Shown in pieces: positions 1 to 11,455 of a DNA stretch of 64,000 bases. The notes under the pieces are model-generated. The model saw only the letters and a program-made list of their open reading frames with translations, ran no database searches and had not been told where the DNA came from. Source of the stretch: Burkholderiaceae bacterium (GTDB lineage: Bacteria; Pseudomonadota; Gammaproteobacteria; Burkholderiales; Burkholderiaceae); contig JBAXGQ010000002.1 in the NCBI GenBank assembly GCA_037139315.1, forward strand, positions 425 through 64,424. The letters run 5' to 3'. Positions within the stretch are counted from its first letter, which is position 1; each line of letters begins with the position of its first letter. Both the position numbers and the translations under genes were made by a program.

Positions 1-384
1 AGCGAGTTCACGCCCGGCCAAGTTGTCGGCGTTGATACGTTTACTGCTGGTCAAAAAGTTGACGTACAAGGTGTAACCATTGGTAAGGGTTACGCAGGCA
101 CGATTAAGCGTCACCACTTTAAGTCTGGTCGCGCTAGTCACGGTAATTCGCGTTCACATAACGTACCCGGTTCGATTGGTATGGCACAAGATCCAGGTCG
201 GGTGTTTCCAGGAAAACGCATGACCGGTCACCTTGGTGACGAAACGCGTACCGCACAAAATTTAGTCATTGCCCGCATTGATGCAGAACGTAGCCTCATT
301 ATGGTTAAGGGCGCAGTTCCAGGAGCTCCTGGCGGCAAAGTCATCGTTACTCCAGCGGTTAAAACACCGCTGAAGAAAAAATAA
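1..384 (+). CDS. rplC: 50S ribosomal protein L3, C-terminal part (5' end lies outside the window)
   Basis: The frame is open from base 1 to TAA at 382-384. The translation [47 protein letters not shown] is the conserved L3 C-terminus. rplD follows, as in the S10 operon. Confidence 0.95.
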   Translation, partial: SEFTPGQVVGVDTFTAGQKVDVQGVTIGKGYAGTIKRHHFKSGRASHGNSRSHNVPGSIGMAQDPGRVFPGKRMTGHLGDETRTAQNLVIARIDAERSLIMVKGAVPGAPGGKVIVTPAVKTPLKKK

Positions 385-396
385 GGAGAGCCCCAA

Positions 397-1017
397 ATGG
401 AAATTAAGCTTCTCCAAGATAACGGCACATTAGCAGCCGGTATTCAAGCCTCACCAGAGATTTTTGAGCGCGAGTATAACGAGGCTCTAATACATCAAGT
501 GGTGGTTGCATATCAAGCCAACGCGCGCAGTGGTAATAGCGCGCAAAAAGACCGCGAACAAGTTAAGCACAGCACGAAAAAACCATGGCGCCAAAAGGGC
601 ACTGGTCGAGCACGTGCGGGTATGACTTCATCACCACTGTGGCGTGGAGGCGGTCGGATATTCCCTAATTCACCAGAAGTAAATTACAGCCATAAAGTAA
701 ATAAAAAAATGTATCGCGCTGGCATGAAATCGATTCTGTCGCAGTTGGCCCGCGAAGGTCGCCTGAATGTCATTGATGAATTTAAATTAGACGCGCCAAA
801 AACGAAGCAATTAGCCGATAAAGTCAAAGCAATGGGTCTCGACTCGGTGCTTATTATTGTTGACCAAGTTAGTGAAAATTTGTACTTGGCCTCACGTAAT
901 CTGTACAAAATTGCAGTCATGGAGCCACAGCATGCAGACCCATTGGCATTGGTGCAGTTCCAAAAAGTATTGGTTAGCAAAGCAGCGATTGCAAAAATCG
1001 AGGAGTTGCTGAAATGA
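397..1017 (+). CDS. rplD: 50S ribosomal protein L4
   Basis: 206 aa with the L4 motif [14 protein letters not shown]. It sits in the S10-operon position between rplC and rplW. Confidence 0.97.
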   Translation: MEIKLLQDNGTLAAGIQASPEIFEREYNEALIHQVVVAYQANARSGNSAQKDREQVKHSTKKPWRQKGTGRARAGMTSSPLWRGGGRIFPNSPEVNYSHKVNKKMYRAGMKSILSQLAREGRLNVIDEFKLDAPKTKQLADKVKAMGLDSVLIIVDQVSENLYLASRNLYKIAVMEPQHADPLALVQFQKVLVSKAAIAKIEELLK

Positions 1018-1328
1018 ATCTAGTACGCAAAAACGATCACAAACTAATGAAGGTATTGCTAGGTCCGGTTATTTCGGAAAAAGCAACCATGGTGGCTGAT
1101 AAAAATGAACAAGTCGTTTTTCAAGTTGCTCGCGAAGCCAATAAGTTGGATGTAAAGCAAGCAGTTGAATTACTTTTTAAGGTGCAAGTTGACTCGGTAC
1201 AAATTGTCAATCAAAAAGGCAAGCCGAAGCGCTATGGTCGTTTTGAAGGGCGTCGTGACCACACTAAAAAAGCGTATGTCAATTTGAAGCCTGGTCAAGA
1301 AATTAACTTTGAAGCGGAGGCAAGTTAA
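1014..1328 (+). CDS. rplW: 50S ribosomal protein L23
   Basis: 104 aa. It overlaps rplD by 4 bp. The sequence [11 protein letters not shown]...VFQV is L23-like and the operon position fits. Confidence 0.96.
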   Translation: MNLVRKNDHKLMKVLLGPVISEKATMVADKNEQVVFQVAREANKLDVKQAVELLFKVQVDSVQIVNQKGKPKRYGRFEGRRDHTKKAYVNLKPGQEINFEAEAS

Positions 1329-1330
1329 CC

Positions 1331-2161
1331 ATGCCACTGATGAAAACAAAACCGACCTCACCAGGTCGTCGTTCAATGGTCAAGGTAGTAAATCCTGATC
1401 TGCATAAAGGCAAACCTTTTGCAGCGTTAGTTGAGCCACAGTTCCAAAAAGCAGGCCGTAACAACAATGGCCACATCACTACTCGTCATAAAGGTGGTGG
1501 ACATAAGCATCATTACCGCGTAGTAGATTTCAAACGGAATGATAAAGATGGCATACTCGCAAAAGTAGAGCGCTTAGAATACGATCCCAATCGTAGCGCT
1601 AACATTGCCTTATTGCTGTTCGCTGATGGCGAAAGACGTTACATCATTGCTACTAAAGGCATGACCGTTGGCCAACAAATTATGAATGGCTCTGAGGCTG
1701 CAATTAAGGCGGGCAATAATTTACCTATTCGTAATATTCCCATTGGTAGCACGATCCATTGCGTTGAAATGTTGCCAGGCAAGGGCGCACAAATTGCTCG
1801 CTCTGCGGGTGCTTCAGCAGTGTTGTTGGCGCGCGAAGGCGTTTATGCTCAAGTCCGTTTACGCTCAGGCGAAGTTCGTCGGGTGTTAATCGAGTGCCGC
1901 GCCACAATTGGTGAAGTAGGTAACGAAGAACACAGTTTGCGCCAAATTGGTAAAGCAGGCGCAAATCGCTGGCGGGGAATTCGACCCACCGTTCGTGGCG
2001 TTGCCATGAACCCAGTTGATCACCCACATGGTGGTGGTGAAGGCAAAACTGGCGAAGGTCGTGTGCCTGTATCGCCATGGGGAACGCCAACGAAAGGTTA
2101 TCGCACGCGCCGCAATAAGCGCACAACGACAATGATTGTTCAGCGTCGCCAGAAGCGTTAA
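1331..2161 (+). CDS. rplB: 50S ribosomal protein L2
   Basis: 276 aa with the L2 hallmarks GGGHKHHYR and [14 protein letters not shown]. Confidence 0.98.
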   Translation: MPLMKTKPTSPGRRSMVKVVNPDLHKGKPFAALVEPQFQKAGRNNNGHITTRHKGGGHKHHYRVVDFKRNDKDGILAKVERLEYDPNRSANIALLLFADGERRYIIATKGMTVGQQIMNGSEAAIKAGNNLPIRNIPIGSTIHCVEMLPGKGAQIARSAGASAVLLAREGVYAQVRLRSGEVRRVLIECRATIGEVGNEEHSLRQIGKAGANRWRGIRPTVRGVAMNPVDHPHGGGEGKTGEGRVPVSPWGTPTKGYRTRRNKRTTTMIVQRRQKR

Positions 2162-2186
2162 TGACTAAGCGATTAAGGAAAAATAC

Positions 2187-2465
2187 ATGACACGTTCCGC
2201 GAAAAAAGGCCCATTTTGTGATGCCAGCTTGGTAAAAAAAGTTGAAGTCGCACAGGCTAATAAAGATAAAAAGCCGATCAAAACTTGGTCGCGCCGTTCC
2301 ACAATATTGCCAGACTTCATTGGCTTGACGTTAGCCGTGCATAACGGTCGTCAGCATGTGCCAGTCTACGTTTCAGAAAACATGGTGGGTCATAAGCTAG
2401 GTGAGTTTGCCTTGACCCGTACTTTCAAAGGTCACTCGGCCGATAAGAAAGTTGTGAAGAAGTAA
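2187..2465 (+). CDS. rpsS: 30S ribosomal protein S19
   Basis: 92 aa; KKGPF...[11 protein letters not shown]...MVGHKLGEF is the S19 signature. Confidence 0.98.
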   Translation: MTRSAKKGPFCDASLVKKVEVAQANKDKKPIKTWSRRSTILPDFIGLTLAVHNGRQHVPVYVSENMVGHKLGEFALTRTFKGHSADKKVVKK

Positions 2466-2475
2466 GGGGATGATG

Positions 2476-2805
2476 ATGGAAGTGAAAGCAACTCATAAAA
2501 GCGCCCGCATTTCGGCACAAAAAACGCGTTTGGTCGCCGATCAAATTCGTGGTTTGCCAATTGCTCGAGCTATGCATATTTTAAATTTCAGCCCAAAGAA
2601 AGCGGCTTTTATTGTTAAAAAAGTAGTTGAATCGGCGATTGCAAATGCCGAGCACAATAAAGGCGCCGATATTGATGAGCTCAAAGTAGCCACCATCATT
2701 GTCGATAAAGCAACTTCATTAAAACGTTTTACTGCGCGCGCTAAAGGCCGTGGTAATCAAATTGAAAAACAAACTTGTCACATTTGCGTGACCCTGAGTA
2801 ATTAA
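2476..2805 (+). CDS. rplV: 50S ribosomal protein L22
   Basis: [26 protein letters not shown] aligns with the L22 N-terminus. Three tandem ATGs lie at 2470, 2473 and 2476. The third has the best spacing from the AAGGGG Shine-Dalgarno, so the start is uncertain by 6 nt. Confidence 0.93.
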   Translation: MEVKATHKSARISAQKTRLVADQIRGLPIARAMHILNFSPKKAAFIVKKVVESAIANAEHNKGADIDELKVATIIVDKATSLKRFTARAKGRGNQIEKQTCHICVTLSN

Positions 2806-2813
2806 GGAAAGTT

Positions 2814-3692
2814 ATGGGCCAAAAAATAAATCCCACTGGATTCCGACTCTCGGTAACCAAGAATTGGACTTCACGTTGGTATGCTAACAATACTGATTTT
2901 GCGAAGATGCTGAAAGAAGACGTCGATGTTCGTCTTTATCTCAAAAAGAAATTAAAGAATGCGTCGGTTAGTAAAGTCATTATTGAGCGCCCTGCAAAAA
3001 ATGCGCGTATTACGATTTATAGCTCACGCCCAGGTGTTGTTATTGGTAAGAAGGGCGAGGATATTGAAGTGCTTCGCCGTGAACTACAAAAGCGTATGGG
3101 CGTTCCTGTGCATGTCAATATTGAAGAAATTCGTAAGCCTGAAGTTGATGCGCAATTAATTGCTGATTCAATTACACAGCAACTTGAAAAACGCATTATG
3201 TTCCGTAGAGCAATGAAGCGTGCAATGCAAAGCGCAATGCGTTTAGGTGCTCAAGGAATTAAAATTATGTCTTCAGGTCGTTTAAATGGCGCAGAAATTG
3301 CGCGCCGCGAATGGTACCGTGAAGGCCGCGTTCCATTGCATACCTTGAAGGCCGATATTGATTACGCGACCTCTGAAGCAGAAACTACTTACGGCATCAT
3401 TGGTGTAAAAGTGTGGGTTTATAAGGGCGATACTTTGGGTCGTGGAGCTGAAGCGCCACCAGTAGCAAGTGCGCCAGCAATTGAGCCAAGCATCGATGAT
3501 AAAAAATCCCGTCGTGCTCCTGCTAAAACTGCACGTCGTAGCCCAGCTGCTGGTGATAAGACAGCAGTAGCATTAGATGAAAAACCAAAAGTAACAACTA
3601 AACCCGTTGTGAAGCGGGTACGTAAAGCGGTTGAAGTGGGCACTGCAGATAACGCAACCCCTGCTGCTGATACGAAGAAGTCAGGAGATTAA
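2814..3692 (+). CDS. rpsC: 30S ribosomal protein S3, with a long basic Ala/Pro/Lys-rich C-terminal tail
   Basis: 292 aa. [12 protein letters not shown]...[20 protein letters not shown] is canonical S3. About the last 80 aa are low-complexity. Confidence 0.97.
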   Translation: MGQKINPTGFRLSVTKNWTSRWYANNTDFAKMLKEDVDVRLYLKKKLKNASVSKVIIERPAKNARITIYSSRPGVVIGKKGEDIEVLRRELQKRMGVPVHVNIEEIRKPEVDAQLIADSITQQLEKRIMFRRAMKRAMQSAMRLGAQGIKIMSSGRLNGAEIARREWYREGRVPLHTLKADIDYATSEAETTYGIIGVKVWVYKGDTLGRGAEAPPVASAPAIEPSIDDKKSRRAPAKTARRSPAAGDKTAVALDEKPKVTTKPVVKRVRKAVEVGTADNATPAADTKKSGD

Positions 3693-3694
3693 GT

Positions 3695-4108
3695 ATGTTA
3701 CAACCTAAGCGTCGCAAATTTCGTAAAGAGCAAAAAGGCCGTAATACCGGTGTTGCCACTCGTGGTAGCTCAGTATCTTTTGGCGACTTTGGCCTCAAGG
3801 CAGTTGGTCGTGGTCGTTTAACAGCGCGCCAAATTGAATCTGCAAGACGTGCCATGACTCGACACATTAAGCGTGGCGGTCGAATTTGGATTCGTATTTT
3901 CCCTGATAAGCCTATTTCACAAAAACCCGCTGAAGTACGTATGGGTAACGGCAAAGGTAATCCCGAATATTACGTGGCAGAAATTCAGCCAGGTAAGGTT
4001 TTATACGAAATGGATGGTGTAGATGAGGCATTGGCGCGCGAAGCTTTTAAGTTAGCTGCAGCTAAATTGCCACTCCAAACTACCTTCGTAATTCGCCATC
4101 TGGGCTAA
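3695..4108 (+). CDS. rplP: 50S ribosomal protein L16
   Basis: 137 aa; [16 protein letters not shown]...[14 protein letters not shown] is canonical L16. Confidence 0.98.
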   Translation: MLQPKRRKFRKEQKGRNTGVATRGSSVSFGDFGLKAVGRGRLTARQIESARRAMTRHIKRGGRIWIRIFPDKPISQKPAEVRMGNGKGNPEYYVAEIQPGKVLYEMDGVDEALAREAFKLAAAKLPLQTTFVIRHLG

Positions 4109-4117
4109 TAAGGATAG

Positions 4118-4318
4118 ATGAATATGACAAATAAAGACTTACAAACAAAAGATCTGGGTGCTTTAAATAGCGAACTTTCAGAATTGCTCAAAGCGAGTTT
4201 TAAGCTGCGCATGCAAAAAGGCACTCAACAACTTCAAAATACCAGTCAATTGGGCAAGGTCAAGCGCGATATCGCGCGAGTAAAAACCTTTATTACCCAA
4301 AAAACTGTACAGAAATAA
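4118..4318 (+). CDS. rpmC: 50S ribosomal protein L29
   Basis: 66 aa; L29-like ([28 protein letters not shown]) and in the expected operon position. Confidence 0.95.
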   Translation: MNMTNKDLQTKDLGALNSELSELLKASFKLRMQKGTQQLQNTSQLGKVKRDIARVKTFITQKTVQK

Positions 4319-4327
4319 GGTGGGCAT

Positions 4328-4597
4328 ATGACAGAAACTTCTACACCCTTACGCCGCACTTTAATTGGACGGGTAGTAAGCGACAAAATGCAAAAAACTG
4401 TGACCGTGTTGGTTGAGCGTCAAGTTAAGCATGCCTTGTATGGCAAATATGTTGGCCATTCCAAGAAATACCATGCGCATGATGAAGCTGGTCAGTACAA
4501 AATGGGCGACACCGTTGAAATTGCTGAGTCGCGCCCCATTTCACGCACTAAATCATGGGTTGTTACGCGGTTAGTTGAGGCTTCACGGGGTATTTAA
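4328..4597 (+). CDS. rpsQ: 30S ribosomal protein S17
   Basis: 89 aa; [18 protein letters not shown]...YHAHDE is the S17 signature. It is the last gene of the S10 block. Confidence 0.97.
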   Translation: MTETSTPLRRTLIGRVVSDKMQKTVTVLVERQVKHALYGKYVGHSKKYHAHDEAGQYKMGDTVEIAESRPISRTKSWVVTRLVEASRGI

Positions 4598-4628
4598 AGA
4601 ATATTGCGCGGTTTTAGGGCTAATTGGC

Positions 4629-4657
4629 TTGCCAGACTGCGCTTTTCGTTATAGAAT
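4629..4657 (+). promoter_or_regulatory. Candidate sigma70 promoter for the spc block (rplN onward)
   Basis: TTGCCA at 4629-4634, a 17-nt spacer, then TAGAAT at 4652-4657. It lies inside the 181-bp rpsQ-rplN spacer, the same junction that holds the E. coli spc promoter. Confidence 0.5.
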
Positions 4658-4778
4658 CATGGGCTTTTCGCAGTAAACGAGATAGTATTTTCATTAATTC
4701 CGGGTTTTGGCTGTTCTGCCAAAGCCCTTAGACGGAACCAAGACTGTTTGCCTTTGGCTAATAAGTTGGGGATTAAAA

Positions 4779-5147
4779 ATGATTCAGACCGAAAGTAGAT
4801 TGCAGGTTGCCGACAATACAGGCGCCAGTGAAGTGTTATGCATCAAAGTATTGGGCGGCTCCAAAAGACGCTATGCCAACATTGGCGATGTTATTAAAGT
4901 CAGCGTTAAGTCTGCTGCGCCACGTGGCCGCGTTAAAAAAGGCGATATTTATAACGCTGTAGTTGTGCGCACTGCCAAAGGCGTGCGGCGCCCTGATGGT
5001 TCACTCATTAAGTTTGATGAAAATGCAGCGGTGTTATTGAACGCCAAATTAGAGCCAATTGGCACTCGCATTTTCGGACCAGTAACGCGCGAATTACGTA
5101 CCGAGAAGTTTATGAAAATTGTTTCGCTGGCACCAGAAGTTATTTAA
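4779..5147 (+). CDS. rplN: 50S ribosomal protein L14
   Basis: [16 protein letters not shown] is the canonical L14 N-terminus, starting at the internal ATG 4779. The ORF-track extension from 4707 is non-homologous leader sequence. Confidence 0.97.
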   Translation: MIQTESRLQVADNTGASEVLCIKVLGGSKRRYANIGDVIKVSVKSAAPRGRVKKGDIYNAVVVRTAKGVRRPDGSLIKFDENAAVLLNAKLEPIGTRIFGPVTRELRTEKFMKIVSLAPEVI

Positions 5148-5169
5148 AGCAGAGATTTAAGAGGCTGAT

Positions 5170-5478
5170 ATGAAAAAAATTCGTAAAGGCGATTCGGTGG
5201 TGGTATTAACGGGTCGCGATAAAGGCAAAACCGGAACAGTGACAACCGTGATGGAAGAAAAGCTCGTAGTAGAGGGTATCAACGTCTACAAAAAAGCTAC
5301 TAAACCGAATCCTGCCGCTGGTGTTACAGGCGGAATGATTGATAAGGTTATGCCTATCCATATTTCCAATGTTGCGTTGGTTGATGGCAACGGTAAAGCA
5401 TCACGAGTTGGGATCAAACTCGTTGATGGTAAAAAAGTCCGCTATTTGAAAACCACTGGCACTAGCGTAAGCGCCTAA
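5170..5478 (+). CDS. rplX: 50S ribosomal protein L24
   Basis: 102 aa; a KOW-type motif ([19 protein letters not shown]) in the spc-operon position. Confidence 0.97.
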   Translation: MKKIRKGDSVVVLTGRDKGKTGTVTTVMEEKLVVEGINVYKKATKPNPAAGVTGGMIDKVMPIHISNVALVDGNGKASRVGIKLVDGKKVRYLKTTGTSVSA

Positions 5479-5494
5479 GGAATTTGGAGAAATT

Positions 5495-6037
5495 ATGAGT
5501 ACCCGTTTTCAAGAACATTACAAAGAAAAAGTAGTTGCTGATTTAATGGCGAAGTTTGGCTATAAGTCGGTAATGCAAGTACCGCGTGTAACCAAAATTA
5601 CGCTTAACATGGGCTTAGGAGAGGCTGTTAACGATAAGAAAATTATTGAAAACGCCGTTAGCGACTTAACTAAAGTTGCCGGTCAAAAACCCGTTGTAAC
5701 TAAAGCACGTAAAGCCATTGCCGGTTTTAAAATTCGTCAAGGTTATCCCATTGGCGCCATGGTCACCTTACGTGGCGCAAAGATGTACGAGTTTTTAGAT
5801 CGCTTTGTGACCGTAGCGCTGCCCCGGGTACGCGATTTCCGTGGTATCTCAGGGAAGGCTTTTGACGGTCGCGGTAATTACAACATCGGCGTGAAAGAGC
5901 AAATTATTTTCCCCGAAATTGAGTACGACAAAATTGATTCCCTGCGCGGCCTCAATGTCAGCATTACTACCACTGCCAAAACCGATGAGGAAGCGAAAGC
6001 ACTCTTGGCAGCATTTAAATTCCCATTCCGCAATTAA
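5495..6037 (+). CDS. rplE: 50S ribosomal protein L5
   Basis: 180 aa; [10 protein letters not shown]...[20 protein letters not shown] is the L5 signature. Confidence 0.98.
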   Translation: MSTRFQEHYKEKVVADLMAKFGYKSVMQVPRVTKITLNMGLGEAVNDKKIIENAVSDLTKVAGQKPVVTKARKAIAGFKIRQGYPIGAMVTLRGAKMYEFLDRFVTVALPRVRDFRGISGKAFDGRGNYNIGVKEQIIFPEIEYDKIDSLRGLNVSITTTAKTDEEAKALLAAFKFPFRN

Positions 6038-6046
6038 GAGGTTAAC

Positions 6047-6352
6047 GTGGCAAAAATGTCCCTGATTGAGCGCGAAAAAAAGCGCGTTAAATGTGCTGAA
6101 AAATATGCAGTTAAGCGCGCCGAACTAAAAGCTATCATTGCTGATACCACAAGAAGCGATGAAGAGCGCTATGAAGCCCGCTTAAAGTTGCAGGCCCTAC
6201 CCAGAAACGCAAGCCCGATTCGTCAACGGAATCGTTGTTCATTAACCGGTCGGCCACGTGGCACATTCCGTAAGTTTGGATTGGCACGCGGCAAAATTCG
6301 TGAAATCGCTTTTCGTGGCGAAATCCCCGGTTTAACCAAGGCCAGCTGGTAA
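6047..6352 (+). CDS. rpsN: 30S ribosomal protein S14 (long form, no zinc-binding cysteines)
   Basis: 101 aa with a GTG start; [26 protein letters not shown] is the S14 signature. Confidence 0.97.
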   Translation: MAKMSLIEREKKRVKCAEKYAVKRAELKAIIADTTRSDEERYEARLKLQALPRNASPIRQRNRCSLTGRPRGTFRKFGLARGKIREIAFRGEIPGLTKASW

Positions 6353-6377
6353 GCGGCGAAAGAATTCAGGAGAACTT

Positions 6378-6773
6378 ATGAGCATCAGCGATCCAATCGC
6401 CGACATGTTAACAAGGATTCGCAACGCGCAAGCGGTGCAAAAACCGAACGTTATCATGCCGTCATCAAAAATTAAAGTTTCTATTGCTAAAGTCTTGCAA
6501 GATGAAGGCTATATCGATGGTTTTGAAATTCAAGGCGAAGCAGCTAAGCCAGTGCTAAAAATTGAACTCAAATATTATGCAGGCCGCCCTGTCATTGAGC
6601 GCATCGATCGGGTATCAACCCCGAGTTTGCGCATTTACAAGGGACGTCATGACATTCCTCAAGTGATGAATGGTTTGGGAGTGGCAATTATTTCGACCCC
6701 GCAAGGCGTAATGACTGATCGCAAAGCACGCGCAACCGGCGTGGGTGGCGAAGTTATTTGCTATATCGCCTAA
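6378..6773 (+). CDS. rpsH: 30S ribosomal protein S8
   Basis: 131 aa; [14 protein letters not shown]...GGEVICYI is canonical S8. Confidence 0.98.
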   Translation: MSISDPIADMLTRIRNAQAVQKPNVIMPSSKIKVSIAKVLQDEGYIDGFEIQGEAAKPVLKIELKYYAGRPVIERIDRVSTPSLRIYKGRHDIPQVMNGLGVAIISTPQGVMTDRKARATGVGGEVICYIA

Positions 6774-6783
6774 GGAGATCTTC

Positions 6784-7317
6784 ATGTCTAGAGTCGGTAA
6801 ATCCCCCATTCCAGTGCCTAAGGGCGCAGAAATTATTATCAGTGGCGCATTGGTTACGGTTAAAGGCCCGTTGGGAACTTTGACGCACAATTTACATCCT
6901 TCTATTGGTTTGCAGCAGGCCGACGGAATTATTACCGTTGAATTGAAAGATAGCTCACCCGAAGCGGGCGCATTATCAGGCACTACTCGTGCTTTAGTGA
7001 ACAATATGTTGCTTGGAGTAACACAAGGTTTTGAGCGTAAGTTGAGTTTAGTTGGCGTTGGCTATCGCGCCCAAGCTCAAGGTGACGCACTAAAATTGCA
7101 GTTGGGTTTCTCGCATGACATTATTTATAACCTGCCAAAAGGTGTAAAAGCAGAAACTCCGTCGCAAACAGAAATTATTATTAAAGGCGCCAGCAAGCAA
7201 CAAGTTGGTCAGGTTGCTGCTGAAGTGCGTGCGTATCGTTCACCCGAGCCCTATAAAGGTAAAGGCGTGCGCTATGTCGACGAAGTAGTTCATCTGAAAG
7301 AAACTAAGAAGAAGTAA
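6784..7317 (+). CDS. rplF: 50S ribosomal protein L6
   Basis: [14 protein letters not shown] is the L6 N-terminus at the internal ATG 6784. The ORF-track start at 6745 would overlap the rpsH 3' end. Confidence 0.97.
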   Translation: MSRVGKSPIPVPKGAEIIISGALVTVKGPLGTLTHNLHPSIGLQQADGIITVELKDSSPEAGALSGTTRALVNNMLLGVTQGFERKLSLVGVGYRAQAQGDALKLQLGFSHDIIYNLPKGVKAETPSQTEIIIKGASKQQVGQVAAEVRAYRSPEPYKGKGVRYVDEVVHLKETKKK

Positions 7318-7329
7318 GCGAGATTATCT

Positions 7330-7683
7330 ATGAATAAAGACGAATCAAGACAACGCCGTGCACGCCAAACGCGTATTCGAATTGCAGAGCAGATTGCCAA
7401 TCGCCTAACAGTGATTCGCAGTAATGCGCATATTTCTGCGCAAGTATATAGCCCCTGCGGTACTAAGGTGCTAGCAGCTGCCTCAACTATGGAAAAAGAT
7501 CTACGCCAAGCACTTAAAAATGGCGGCAACAGCGCAGCAGCGCAACAAATTGGCAAATTAATTGCTGAGCGTGCGGTTAAGGCCGGCATAGTTGATGTGG
7601 CATTTGATCGCTCTGGGCACCGTTATCACGGACGAATTAAGGCATTGGCTGAGGCAGCACGCGAAGCCGGCCTCAAGTTCTAA
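7330..7683 (+). CDS. rplR: 50S ribosomal protein L18
   Basis: 117 aa; [15 protein letters not shown]...[26 protein letters not shown] is the L18 signature. Confidence 0.97.
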   Translation: MNKDESRQRRARQTRIRIAEQIANRLTVIRSNAHISAQVYSPCGTKVLAAASTMEKDLRQALKNGGNSAAAQQIGKLIAERAVKAGIVDVAFDRSGHRYHGRIKALAEAAREAGLKF

Positions 7684-7704
7684 TTATTGGGTTTAGGAAA
7701 AAAA

Positions 7705-8223
7705 ATGGCAAAAATGCAAACCAAAATGCAATCAGAAGAACGCGATGATGGTCTTCGTGAAAAGATGATTGCAGTTAATCGCGTTACTAAGGTAGTTAAA
7801 GGCGGACGAATTCTGGGTTTTGCCGCATTAACTGTAGTTGGTGACGGTGATGGCCGAATTGGTATGGGCAAAGGAAAATCAAAAGAAGTTCCAGTGGCTG
7901 TTCAAAAGGCGATGGATGAAGCGCGTCGCAAAATGATTAAGGTACCCCTTCGTAAGGGTACATTACAGCACTCCGTTATTGGCCAACATGGCGCTTCACG
8001 AGTATTAATGTCACCTGCTAAAGAAGGTACTGGCGTGATTGCTGGCGGTCCAATGCGCGCCATTTTTGATGTGATGGGCGTGACCAATGTGGTTGCTAAG
8101 TCTATTGGCTCTACTAACCCTTACAACATGGTACGCGCAACCATTGATGGTTTAAGCAAGATGAGTACTCCCGCTGAAATTGCCGCTAAGCGCGGTAAAT
8201 CAGTTGAAGAAATTCTCGGTTAA
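7705..8223 (+). CDS. rpsE: 30S ribosomal protein S5
   Basis: [14 protein letters not shown]...[19 protein letters not shown] is the S5 signature. ATG 7705 follows a GGA-rich Shine-Dalgarno. The TTG at 7687 is a possible alternative start. Confidence 0.95.
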   Translation: MAKMQTKMQSEERDDGLREKMIAVNRVTKVVKGGRILGFAALTVVGDGDGRIGMGKGKSKEVPVAVQKAMDEARRKMIKVPLRKGTLQHSVIGQHGASRVLMSPAKEGTGVIAGGPMRAIFDVMGVTNVVAKSIGSTNPYNMVRATIDGLSKMSTPAEIAAKRGKSVEEILG

Positions 8224-8247
8224 GCAGATCCAGAATAGGAATTAAAT

Positions 8248-8442
8248 ATGACAACAAATCAATCCAATCCAACAGTCAAATTGCAGCTTGTACGCAGTTT
8301 AGTGGGCACGCGTGAAAGTCATCGCGCAACTGTACGTGGCTTAGGGCTGCGCCGGATTAATTCAGTATCGGAATTGCAAGATACCCCAGCGGTGCGCGGC
8401 ATGATGAATAAGGTTTCTTATTTGATCAAGGTCATTAGCTAA
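8248..8442 (+). CDS. rpmD: 50S ribosomal protein L30
   Basis: 64 aa; [30 protein letters not shown] is L30-like and the position fits. Confidence 0.95.
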   Translation: MTTNQSNPTVKLQLVRSLVGTRESHRATVRGLGLRRINSVSELQDTPAVRGMMNKVSYLIKVIS

Positions 8443-8469
8443 AAGATCAGAAAGTAAATAGGTAAAAAA

Positions 8470-8910
8470 ATGCAACTTAATACAATTAAACCTGCTGCTG
8501 GCGCTAAGAAAAATCGACGTCGGGTTGGCCGTGGTATTGGCTCAGGCTTAGGTAAAACTGCGGGTCGTGGCCATAAGGGCCAAAAATCGCGTTCGGGTGG
8601 TTTTCATAAAGTCGGCTTCGAAGGCGGTCAAATGCCAATGTATCGTCGTTTACCAAAACGTGGTTTCGTTTCCTTAACTCGTCGCCACGTTGGTCAAATT
8701 ACCTTGAATGATCTAGAAAAAATGGGTGTGGCTGAGGTCGATTTGTTGGTGTTAAGACAGCATGGTTTAGCAGGCGAACAAATTCAGGCAGTAAAAGTCG
8801 TTAAAACCGGCGAACTAAAGCGCGCTGTTATTTTAAAAGGCTTAACAGCCACAGCTGGTGCTAAGGCAGCAATTGAAGCAGCCGGCGGCCAAGTTTTGGA
8901 AGCGGTGTAA
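8470..8910 (+). CDS. rplO: 50S ribosomal protein L15
   Basis: 146 aa; [25 protein letters not shown] is the L15 signature. Confidence 0.97.
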   Translation: MQLNTIKPAAGAKKNRRRVGRGIGSGLGKTAGRGHKGQKSRSGGFHKVGFEGGQMPMYRRLPKRGFVSLTRRHVGQITLNDLEKMGVAEVDLLVLRQHGLAGEQIQAVKVVKTGELKRAVILKGLTATAGAKAAIEAAGGQVLEAV

Positions 8911-8922
8911 TTTACTAATCCC

Positions 8923-10266
8923 ATGGCAATCGCGACACCTACTATCTCCAGCATCGCGCAATCGGGCAATAAGTTCGGCGACTTACGTCGTCGCTTAGTT
9001 TTCCTTTTGCTCGCTTTAGTGGTCTATCGTATTGGTGCACATATTCCTGTACCTGGAATTGATCCTGATCAGTTGGCTCAGTTATTTGCCGGTCAAAAAG
9101 ATGGCATTTTAGGAATGTTTAATTTGTTTTCAGGTGGTGCGTTATCGCGCTTCACAGTATTTGCGCTTGGCATCATGCCGTATATCTCTGCCTCCATCAT
9201 CATGCAACTCATGACTATTGTGTTGCCTTCACTTGAAGCTATGAAAAAAGAAGGTCCAGCGGGACAGAGAAAAATAACTCAGTACACGCGCTATGCCACA
9301 GTGTTATTGGCAACTTTTCAAGCGCTCGGAATTTCCGTTGCGCTTGAGGCGCAGCCTGGTCTAGTCATTGATCCAAGCATGATATTTCGTTTAAATACCG
9401 TAGTCACCTTGGTTACTGGCACGATGTTCTTGATGTGGGTTGGCGAGCAAATTACAGAGCGCGGCCTAGGAAATGGTATTTCGATTATTATTTTTGGCGG
9501 TATTGTTTCAGGACTTCCTAGTGCACTAGGAAGCTTGCTAGAGTTAGTGCGTACTGGCTCAATGAACATTTTGTCAGCTATCTTCATTGTGACTATCGTA
9601 ATTGGCGTAACGTATTTTGTAGTTTTTGTTGAACGTGGCCAGCGGCGCATTTTGGTTAATTATGCCAAGCGACAAGTAGGCAATAAAGTGTATGGCGGCC
9701 AATCATCGCATCTGCCGCTGAAATTAAATATGGCGGGTGTAATTCCTCCTATTTTTGCTTCCTCAATTATTTTATTTCCAGCGACGATAGCCGGTTGGTT
9801 TACCTCTGGTGAAAATAGCAATATGTTTAGTCGTGGACTGAAAGATTTAGCCGCAACGCTAGCCCCAGGTCAGCCGGTATATACAATTCTTTATGCTGCT
9901 GCAATTATTTTCTTTTGCTTTTTCTATACTGCTTTAGTTTTTAATAGTAAAGATACTGCTGAAAACTTAAAGAAAAGCGGCGCCTTTGTACCGGGTATTC
10001 GACCAGGCGAGCAAACTGCTCGTTATATCGACAAAATTTTAGTGCGACTTACTTTAGGCGGCGCCATTTATATGGTTTTAGTTTGCTTATTGCCAGAATT
10101 CTTAGTTTTGAAGTACAACGTACCATTTTATTTTGGCGGTACATCCTTATTAATTATTGTCGTTGTCGCCATGGATTTTATGGCTCAAGTGCAATCATTT
10201 GTGATGCAACAGCAGTATGGCTCTTTAATGAAAAAAGCCAATTTTAAGATGGGTTCCGCACTGTAA
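8923..10266 (+). CDS. secY: Preprotein translocase subunit SecY
   Basis: 447 aa, multi-pass membrane protein. [13 protein letters not shown] and [14 protein letters not shown] are conserved SecY motifs. It occupies the end-of-spc position. Confidence 0.98.
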   Translation: MAIATPTISSIAQSGNKFGDLRRRLVFLLLALVVYRIGAHIPVPGIDPDQLAQLFAGQKDGILGMFNLFSGGALSRFTVFALGIMPYISASIIMQLMTIVLPSLEAMKKEGPAGQRKITQYTRYATVLLATFQALGISVALEAQPGLVIDPSMIFRLNTVVTLVTGTMFLMWVGEQITERGLGNGISIIIFGGIVSGLPSALGSLLELVRTGSMNILSAIFIVTIVIGVTYFVVFVERGQRRILVNYAKRQVGNKVYGGQSSHLPLKLNMAGVIPPIFASSIILFPATIAGWFTSGENSNMFSRGLKDLAATLAPGQPVYTILYAAAIIFFCFFYTALVFNSKDTAENLKKSGAFVPGIRPGEQTARYIDKILVRLTLGGAIYMVLVCLLPEFLVLKYNVPFYFGGTSLLIIVVVAMDFMAQVQSFVMQQQYGSLMKKANFKMGSAL

Positions 10267-10268
10267 TT

Positions 10269-10487
10269 ATGTCTAAAGATGATGTTATTCAGATGGCGGG
10301 TGAGATTATTGAAAATTTACCAAATGCGATGTTTCGAGTGAAGTTAGAAAACGGGCATGTTGTTTTGGGTCATATTTCAGGCAAGATGCGCATGCATTAC
10401 ATTCGCATTCTGCCAGGGGATAAGGTAACGGTGGAGATGACTCCATACGACCTAACGCGCGCAAGAATTATTTTCCGTGCGAAGTAG
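10269..10487 (+). CDS. infA: Translation initiation factor IF-1
   Basis: 72 aa; S1-like fold ([20 protein letters not shown]...[11 protein letters not shown]). Confidence 0.98.
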   Translation: MSKDDVIQMAGEIIENLPNAMFRVKLENGHVVLGHISGKMRMHYIRILPGDKVTVEMTPYDLTRARIIFRAK

Positions 10488-10522
10488 TGATTAAGTAGTC
10501 AGTATATTTAAAGAGGTGAATG

Positions 10523-10639
10523 ATGAAAGTTTTAGCATCCGTAAAAGTTATTTGCAGAAATTGCAAGGTCATTAAGCGTAAACGCGTTGTGCGTGTGATT
10601 TGCTCGTCAGATCCACGTCATAAGCAGCGCCAAGGCTGA
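10523..10639 (+). CDS. rpmJ: 50S ribosomal protein L36 (zinc-ribbon C-x2-C...C...H form)
   Basis: This gene is not in the ORF track because it is shorter than 60 aa. Manual translation gives [38 protein letters not shown] followed by TGA at 10637-10639. A GAGGTG Shine-Dalgarno lies upstream. It sits in the canonical infA-rpmJ-rpsM position. Confidence 0.93.
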   Translation: MKVLASVKVICRNCKVIKRKRVVRVICSSDPRHKQRQG

Positions 10640-10663
10640 TTCGGTTAATTAAGAGGAAATCTC

Positions 10664-11029
10664 ATGGCACGTATCGCTGGGGTCAATATCCCAAATCATC
10701 AACATACCGTTATTGGTTTGACGGCAATCTATGGCATTGGGACAACCCAAGCCAGAAAAATCTGCCAATCTACCGGTGTAGCTTTTGATAAAAAAATTAA
10801 AGATCTCACTGACGCTGATTTAGAAAAGCTACGTGATGAAGTTGGCAAATTGACGACCGAAGGCGATTTACGTCGTGAAGTCACAATGAGCATTAAACGT
10901 TTGATGGACTTAGCCTGTTATCGTGGCGTTCGTCATCGTAAGGGCTTGCCGGTTCGCGGCCAACGTACCAAGACGAATGCACGTACCCGCAAAGGCCCGC
11001 GTAAGTCTGGCATTGCACTGAAGAAATAA
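10664..11029 (+). CDS. rpsM: 30S ribosomal protein S13
   Basis: 121 aa; [10 protein letters not shown]...[26 protein letters not shown] is canonical S13. Confidence 0.98.
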   Translation: MARIAGVNIPNHQHTVIGLTAIYGIGTTQARKICQSTGVAFDKKIKDLTDADLEKLRDEVGKLTTEGDLRREVTMSIKRLMDLACYRGVRHRKGLPVRGQRTKTNARTRKGPRKSGIALKK

Positions 11030-11047
11030 TCAAGAAAGCGTACTGAA

Positions 11048-11455
11048 ATGGCAAAACCACAAACCGCAGCAGCAACCGCTCAGCGTGCTCGCAAAAAAGT
11101 AAAAAAGAATGTTGCCGATGGCATCGCGCACGTGCACGCTTCTTTTAATAACACCATTATTACGATTACTGATCGTCAAGGGAATGCCTTATCTTGGGCT
11201 ACGTCCGGCGGACAAGGCTTTAAGGGCTCGCGCAAGTCAACCCCGTTTGCAGCTCAAGTAGCTGCAGAAGTAGCAGGTAAAGCAGCCATTGAATGCGGTA
11301 TTAAAAATTTAGAAGTACAAATTAAGGGCCCAGGCCCTGGACGCGAATCTGCTGTACGCGCCTTAAATTCATTGGGCATCAAAATTACTGAGATTCAGGA
11401 TGTAACCCCAGTACCGCACAATGGCTGTCGCCCTCCAAAGCGTCGTCGTATTTAA
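11048..11455 (+). CDS. rpsK: 30S ribosomal protein S11
   Basis: 135 aa; [18 protein letters not shown]...[15 protein letters not shown] is canonical S11. Confidence 0.98.
   Translation: MAKPQTAAATAQRARKKVKKNVADGIAHVHASFNNTIITITDRQGNALSWATSGGQGFKGSRKSTPFAAQVAAEVAGKAAIECGIKNLEVQIKGPGPGRESAVRALNSLGIKITEIQDVTPVPHNGCRPPKRRRI

Noticed and set aside
4707-4778. N-terminal ORF-track extensions of rplN. The same applies to rplF (6745-6783), gltB (26638-26748), hisA (44417-44461), the porin (50567-50599) and the Sel1 protein (50394-50471).
   Set aside because: The canonical, conserved N-termini begin at internal start codons. The extensions run through spacers, promoters or the preceding gene and show no homology-like sequence.
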